Source of the DNA: Candidatus Latescibacterota bacterium
GTDB taxonomy: Bacteria; Latescibacterota; UBA2968; UBA8231
Length of the DNA: 64,000 nt
Assembly: GCA_965248265.1 (NCBI GenBank)
Contig: CBDFJF010000002.1
Span: forward strand, 2,496,001-2,560,000
Reading direction: 5' to 3'
Positions 58,796 to 64,000 of this stretch are shown piece after piece; the stretch's first letter is position 1; every line of letters begins with the position of its first letter. The notes below the pieces were generated by a model. That model ran no database searches and had not been told where the DNA came from. It saw only the letters and a list, made by a program, of their open reading frames with translations. The position numbers were made by a program, and so were the translations under genes.

Positions 58796-58978
58796 CTTGT
58801 CTGGTCACGGGTTTCAGGCTTTTTTTTTATGCTGCCGACTTTCACAGATACGCCCCGGACACGCAGGCGATCGTGAATCTGGGGGCCAGTGGTATGCACA
58901 GCTGCATCGGTGAAGCGGATCGGGGTCGAATGGGCGTCTACTCGAAACCGGCACGGGCCGCTAAAGTCGGTTGATCTC

Positions 58979-59728
58979 TCAGTGGATTCTGACGACGACT
59001 GCGGTCAAGTTGTCCGCGTTCCCGCCGCGCTCACTGCGCGCAGCATCCACGAGACGGCGCGCCAGGTCAGCGGAGGGCAGATCGAGGGACAGCAACTCGC
59101 CGATGCGCTTGTGGCCGAGAGGGTCGTGCAAGCCATCGGAGCTGATCATCAGGCGATCTGCTGGGAGGAGATCATGCGTGCCGAGTTGCGGTTGCACACG
59201 TCGGACCGTTCCAAGAAACCTGACCAGCACACTGCTGTCGGTCGAGCGCGCTGCGGATTCAGTGGGCAGCAGGCCGAGGGAGACCTTCTGTTGGGAGCGG
59301 GTATGGTCCAGGGTCAGCTGCTCGAGAGTACCCTGGCGCCAACGATAGAGCCGGGTGTCACCCACATGAGCGAAGGAGACGCTTCCCTCGGAAAGAACGG
59401 CAACGGTGAGCGTCGTGCCCATTCCGAGCAGTTCCGGCTCCTGGCGTGAAGCCTGTGCGATGAACTGGTTTGCCCGTTCGCAAAGATTGTCCAAGTCACG
59501 GACGAGATCCTCAGCATCGCGGTGGGCGACAAGATCCTCGCAGACCATGCTCACGGTCTCCACGGCGATCTGACTGGCGACTCCGCCGCCTCTGGCACCG
59601 CCCATGCCGTCAGCCACCGCACAAACACGACCACCCGCGGTGTTGACGGCACGATCTTCGTTGGATTCCCGATCGCCGCGATGGGTGCACGTCCCGGCAT
59701 CCAGTGGGGACGACTGCGGATCGCTCAC
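58979..59728 (-). CDS. PP2C/PPM-family Ser/Thr phosphatase
   Basis: RESNED, VADGMGG, MGTT, HVGDTR, SSDGL, DNLT. Confidence 0.93.
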   Translation of the reverse strand: MSDPQSSPLDAGTCTHRGDRESNEDRAVNTAGGRVCAVADGMGGARGGGVASQIAVETVSMVCEDLVAHRDAEDLVRDLDNLCERANQFIAQASRQEPELLGMGTTLTVAVLSEGSVSFAHVGDTRLYRWRQGTLEQLTLDHTRSQQKVSLGLLPTESAARSTDSSVLVRFLGTVRRVQPQLGTHDLLPADRLMISSDGLHDPLGHKRIGELLSLDLPSADLARRLVDAARSERGGNADNLTAVVVRIH

Positions 59729-59741
59729 GGCAGGGCCGGCG

Positions 59742-62700
59742 CTACGCCGATTTGGCCACTGGTTCCAGCTCGGCGATGACCGTGCGGACGTGGTCGAGAT
59801 CGAGCGTCGCTTCGGCGCCCTCGAATATCTGTTCGGCCTTGCGCAATGGTTCCAGAGCGGCGTCGCTGTGGCCCGAATCGCGCTCCAACAGACCCAACTC
59901 GAACAGTGCTTCGGCCAGGCTCACAGATTCGCCAAACTGCCTGTTCATGTCGATGCTTTTCGCCAGGTACGTGCGTCCGTCGGCCCAATTGCGCTCGAGG
60001 CGGCAAAGGCGGCCGTAGAGGCGGAGTGCATCGGCGACTCCGAGTGAATCCTCGAGCCGGCGCAGACCCCGAAGCGCCGTTCCGCAAGCCATGCGGGCCT
60101 CGACGAGGTTGCCTTTGCCCAGAAGGGCTTCGGTGCGGTTCAACTCGATCGTAGGTTCGTGAAAAGCGAATCGAGCTGAGCGGCACAAGCTCAGACTGCG
60201 CTCGTACAATTCCAGCGCGTCGTCCCATCGCCGCTGGTCGGCCCGCAGCATACCCATGTTGTAATAGGTCAATGCGGTCTGTGGCGAAGGCTCCAGCTGT
60301 TCGTCCAGGGCGAGGACCCTTTCATACTGGTCCCAGGCGGCTTCGAGGTCCCCCCTCATAGTGGCTACGACGGCGAGATTGTTGAGGGCTTCCGACATCT
60401 CGCGCGGACCGTCTGCCGCGGCCAGTTCGACGGTTTCCCGCCAGCGGGACTCGGCCTCGTTGTAGCGCCCGCACTCGAAGTCGGCAACGCCCCAGTTGAT
60501 CAGGATCCTGGCGCGCGCCAGTGGTGCGTCCAGCCCCTCGAGGCAGCGTATTGCCTTCTCGTATCCCTGAACGGCCTGTGGGAATCTCCTCTGGTGCTCG
60601 TCCACCTTGCCCGTGAGCTTGAGGGCTTCGGCTTCGTCCAGAGGGCGTCCGGCGCGATGGGCCTCCGCGCGCATGCGCTCGCAGTGCTCGCGCGCCCGGT
60701 CATGAGCAGCCAGATAGACGTTGGCGAGAGCGCTTCGCTTCAGAGCGTGGATGAGCGCGTCGGTCGTTCCGTCCGCGATACTCTCGCAGGCCTCTATGAC
60801 CTGGGCGAAGTAGGCGCTGGCCTTGCGCCAGCTGAACAGCTCGAAGGCTTCGTCCCCGGCGGTGGTCAGGTAGGGGATGGCACGAGCAAAATCACCGGCG
60901 CCGTGGAGGTGTGTGCCAAGCTCGGCTGCGGCTATGTCGGTACCCTGAGACGAGCGCTCTTCGAGGTACGATCCGACCACGCGGTGGTATTCGCGTTTCA
61001 ACTCCCACGGAATGTCTTCGTAGAGCACCTCACGTATCATCGAGTGGCTGAATTCGAATCCGTCTTTGACGGACACGATGAGCTGGCCCTTTTTCTCCAG
61101 TCTGAAAAGCGACTTCAACGCATCCATTCTCGAGAGGCCGCCCGCCTCTTCCACAATGCTGGAGGTGAAGCGGTGGCCAACGACGGCGGCGAGCTGGATT
61201 ACCTCGAACTCGCGCCCCTCCAGCAGATCGACTCGACGGCGCACCAGTGCCCTGACCCGGTCAGGTACGGCGATCTCGCCGAGCTCTGCGCGAACCGTCC
61301 AGGCACCGCCGTCGTAGCGCAGCAGTTCCTGGTCGCGCAGCAGCTTGAGGATCTCGACCGCGACAAGCGGATTGCCCTGCGCATGCTCGAACAGGAAATC
61401 CACGAAGTCGCTGCTATAATCCGATTCGTAGAACAAGGAGCCCACGAGACGGTTCGTGTCCTGCCAGGACAATCGGCGCAGGTGCCGTTCGACCAGCACG
61501 CCCTCAGCGTCAAGTTGCTTGATGAGACTCGACAGAGGCCCTTCGCTCACCTCTGCCGTCAGCTCCTCTGGGCGATACGTGACGACACACAGCACCTGGC
61601 ATTCGGAGATACGTCGCACGAGATAGTGCAACAGCTGCAGAGACCCCTCATCGGCCCAGTGCACGTCTTCGAGGCAGAGGACCAGGGGCTTCAACTCGGA
61701 CGCGGCAGCAAAGAGCTCGAACACGGTATCGAACAGACGCTGCCGCCCCGCATCAGCATCCGAATCGGAGCCGAAAGCAGCCGCGAAACTGGCCCGCACC
61801 TTGGCGGTCGTGCTCGAGCTGGTGGCGAGATCGACGAGCTCCGGAGCCTTCTCCCGCAGTATCTTCTCCAGCGCGCTTCGCTCGGATTCGGAGGCGTCGT
61901 CCCGCTCACCAAACAGGTTGCTGACGGCGTCGAGGAAAGGCATGAATGGACCGAGTCCGTGTTCGTAAAAGCACGCGCCCTGCACGAAGCGACCACCGTG
62001 CTCGGTGGCGTAGCTGGCTAGCTGCCCGACGAGACGACTCTTGCCGATTCCAGCCTCGCCCGCCAGGAAAACCATCCGACCGCCGTCTGACAGCGCGTCG
62101 AAATCGGCCCGCAACGCATCGAGCTCGCTTCGACGTCCAGTGAAACGCGGCTGGAAATCGCGATTGCGCAGACCGTAGTCCTCCTGCTCACCGTCATACG
62201 GCCGCGGCTCCAGGCCGGAGATCTCGCCCAGCTCCAAACGCCGTTGGATATCGAGAAGGGCGGCGATGGCGTCGCCTGCCGCGGCGAAACGATGTTCGGG
62301 TAGCTTCTCCAGCAGCCGCAGGACCAACCGGTCCAGCGCCGTCGGAATGGCCGGATTGTGGAACGACGGCGCCAGCGGCTCTTCGTTGAGCTGGTGGTAG
62401 ACCAGAGTAGCCGGCGAGTCACCGGACACCGGCTGCGTTCCCGTCAGCATCTCGTAAAGGACGACGCCGACCGCGTAGAGATCGACGGCAGGCCCGATGT
62501 CCTCACCGAGAATCTGCTCAGGGGCCATGTATTCGACCGTCCCGAGTATCTCATCGGCGCGCGTCAGGAAGGCGCCGTCCTGAAGCCTGGCGACGCCAAA
62601 GTCGAGGACCTTTACCACGCCTTCGTCCTTCAACAAGACGTTGTCGGGCTTGATGTCACGGTGGATGATCGAGCTCTCGTGGGCGACTCGGGCGGCATCC

Positions 62701-63077
62701 ATCAGCTGTAGCGCGATGGAAAGGCATTCGGGTACCGGCAGGCCGCCCATGCTGGCCTGCAGCAGGCTGCGCAACGACTGGCCCTCGATCAGTTCCATCG
62801 CCAGATAGAGATAGCCGTCAGCCCTCCCGCTGCGATACACCCGGACTATGTTGTCATGGTCAAGCTTGGCGGCCAGGCGCGCTTCGCGCACGAACCGCTC
62901 GTCGGCTCGCCCGTCGCCATCGAGGGATATCACTTTCAGTGCCACATCGCGTTCCAGCACTTCGTCCCAAGCTCGGTACACCGTCCCCATCCCGCCCCGT
63001 CCGACAACGTGCGTGATGCGGTAATCGTCGAAGGTATAGCCTATCAAGTGATCAAGCGGCGGCATGGATGACTTCAT
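59742..63077 (-). CDS. Hanks-type Ser/Thr kinase fused to a STAND (AAA_16-like) NTPase and TPR array
   Basis: GRGGMG, VALK, HRDIKPDN, DFG, YMAPE; FTGR, Walker A GEAGIGKS, Walker B LEDVHWAD, GNP; C-terminal TPR-like repeats. Confidence 0.93.
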   Translation of the reverse strand: MKSSMPPLDHLIGYTFDDYRITHVVGRGGMGTVYRAWDEVLERDVALKVISLDGDGRADERFVREARLAAKLDHDNIVRVYRSGRADGYLYLAMELIEGQSLRSLLQASMGGLPVPECLSIALQLMDAARVAHESSIIHRDIKPDNVLLKDEGVVKVLDFGVARLQDGAFLTRADEILGTVEYMAPEQILGEDIGPAVDLYAVGVVLYEMLTGTQPVSGDSPATLVYHQLNEEPLAPSFHNPAIPTALDRLVLRLLEKLPEHRFAAAGDAIAALLDIQRRLELGEISGLEPRPYDGEQEDYGLRNRDFQPRFTGRRSELDALRADFDALSDGGRMVFLAGEAGIGKSRLVGQLASYATEHGGRFVQGACFYEHGLGPFMPFLDAVSNLFGERDDASESERSALEKILREKAPELVDLATSSSTTAKVRASFAAAFGSDSDADAGRQRLFDTVFELFAAASELKPLVLCLEDVHWADEGSLQLLHYLVRRISECQVLCVVTYRPEELTAEVSEGPLSSLIKQLDAEGVLVERHLRRLSWQDTNRLVGSLFYESDYSSDFVDFLFEHAQGNPLVAVEILKLLRDQELLRYDGGAWTVRAELGEIAVPDRVRALVRRRVDLLEGREFEVIQLAAVVGHRFTSSIVEEAGGLSRMDALKSLFRLEKKGQLIVSVKDGFEFSHSMIREVLYEDIPWELKREYHRVVGSYLEERSSQGTDIAAAELGTHLHGAGDFARAIPYLTTAGDEAFELFSWRKASAYFAQVIEACESIADGTTDALIHALKRSALANVYLAAHDRAREHCERMRAEAHRAGRPLDEAEALKLTGKVDEHQRRFPQAVQGYEKAIRCLEGLDAPLARARILINWGVADFECGRYNEAESRWRETVELAAADGPREMSEALNNLAVVATMRGDLEAAWDQYERVLALDEQLEPSPQTALTYYNMGMLRADQRRWDDALELYERSLSLCRSARFAFHEPTIELNRTEALLGKGNLVEARMACGTALRGLRRLEDSLGVADALRLYGRLCRLERNWADGRTYLAKSIDMNRQFGESVSLAEALFELGLLERDSGHSDAALEPLRKAEQIFEGAEATLDLDHVRTVIAELEPVAKSA

Positions 63078-64000
63078 GCGTTTGTGGAGGAGGGTAGGTC
63101 GAGCAGCATCTGCTCGGTTTTTCTCGCCTGTTCGACAGATCCCACATCCCGGAAAAGAGTAGAGGACTCCCTCAGATGTGATCGGGCCGCCTCGAGATCG
63201 CCTTGTTCATGTCTCAAGAGGCCGATCTCGCGTGTGCACTCGGCCAGAGTCAGCCTGTCACCTTGGACCTGCAACCCAAAGCGGGCTTGTCCGAGCAGCT
63301 CAACGGCGCGGGGATACTGCTGCTGGTTGCGATAAATCATGCCTTCCACCAGGTCGCATTGCGTCATGCCTTTGGCGTAGCCCATGGTTTCCATCGAGTT
63401 CCGCGCAGCGCGACAGGCGGCGTCAGCGGCGCTGTAATCGCCCAGATTCAGGTGCGTTCGAGCCTCGTGTACCTGGCCGAGGGCTACCAGGTCCGTGGCT
63501 CCAAGTTGGCGGGCCAAGCCCACGCTTTCTGTGTAGCAGCGCAACGCCTCCTTCCACCGTCCCTGGTCTTGCTGGCTTGCTCCGAGTCCGGCGTAGGATT
63601 CGCAGATCCCGTAGCCGTCCCCCGACCTGCGCCGCGACCGCAGGGCTCGCATGTGATAGAGGGTGGCTTCGAGATGCTTGCCTTCCAGTCCAGAAAGGAC
63701 GCCAAACTGCTGGCGGATCAAGGCACGCAGACGCCCATCGTCACCGGAGCCGGCCAACTGGCGGGCCTGCGCGAAATACCGGCGCGCCTCTTCGCGACGC
63801 GAAAGTGATAGCGTAGACAACCCGAACCGCACGTACAGCTCGGCCATGACGGATGGTTCGCCCAGCGGTTCGAGTGTGTCCAGGGCCTCGCGGTTCAGCT
63901 GTAGAGCTTCTTCCGGGTCCCCTTGGCGCAGTCTCAAGGAAGCCAGCTGCATCAGGGCCTTGCCGATCATGAGCGCATGTTGTTCCGGATGCGAGATGCG
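63074..64000 (-). CDS. TPR-repeat protein, C-terminal part (5' end beyond the window)
   Basis: Repeated ~40-aa TPR-like units; frame open to the window edge; ATGA overlap with the kinase gene. Confidence 0.85.
   Translation of the reverse strand, partial: RISHPEQHALMIGKALMQLASLRLRQGDPEEALQLNREALDTLEPLGEPSVMAELYVRFGLSTLSLSRREEARRYFAQARQLAGSGDDGRLRALIRQQFGVLSGLEGKHLEATLYHMRALRSRRRSGDGYGICESYAGLGASQQDQGRWKEALRCYTESVGLARQLGATDLVALGQVHEARTHLNLGDYSAADAACRAARNSMETMGYAKGMTQCDLVEGMIYRNQQQYPRAVELLGQARFGLQVQGDRLTLAECTREIGLLRHEQGDLEAARSHLRESSTLFRDVGSVEQARKTEQMLLDLPSSTNA

Noticed and set aside
57218-62021. Long antisense ORFs (57218-58564, 60594-62021; likewise 31466-32704, 40060-41130, 25373-26377)
   Set aside because: Shadow frames of GC-rich genes on the opposite strand, with no recognisable motifs.
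1-64000. CRISPR arrays, tRNA/rRNA, IS or integrase genes
   Set aside because: No regularly spaced repeats, RNA-gene signatures or transposase/integrase motifs seen by eye; a computational scan could still find short elements.

Overview
This is a GC-rich (roughly 60-65% by eye), gene-dense bacterial chromosomal segment. I saw no rRNA, tRNA, CRISPR array or intact mobile element. Gene content (SusC/SusD, a second TonB receptor, and expansions of PhyH dioxygenases, Gfo/Idh/MocA oxidoreductases and GHL10-like TIM barrels) resembles uncultured FCB-group bacteria such as Latescibacterota or Poribacteria; this is inference only. Main points: (1) a likely selenoprotein missed by the ORF track, a ResA/TlpA-like thioredoxin with an in-frame UGA (WASW-U-R-C) and a SECIS-like hairpin at 44100-44840 (-); (2) a ~13.6 kb catabolic operon (22025-35650, -) built around three paralogues of an uncharacterised ~650-aa family; (3) a histidine kinase whose extracellular sensor looks like a pectin-lyase-type beta-helix; (4) a phyH-cinA cassette bracketed by two diverged copies of the 3' end of a D-aminoacylase gene; (5) a TPR / Ser-Thr kinase-STAND-TPR / PP2C module at the right edge; (6) several gene remnants and one frameshifted hybrid kinase. 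Family calls come from recalled motifs, not database searches.
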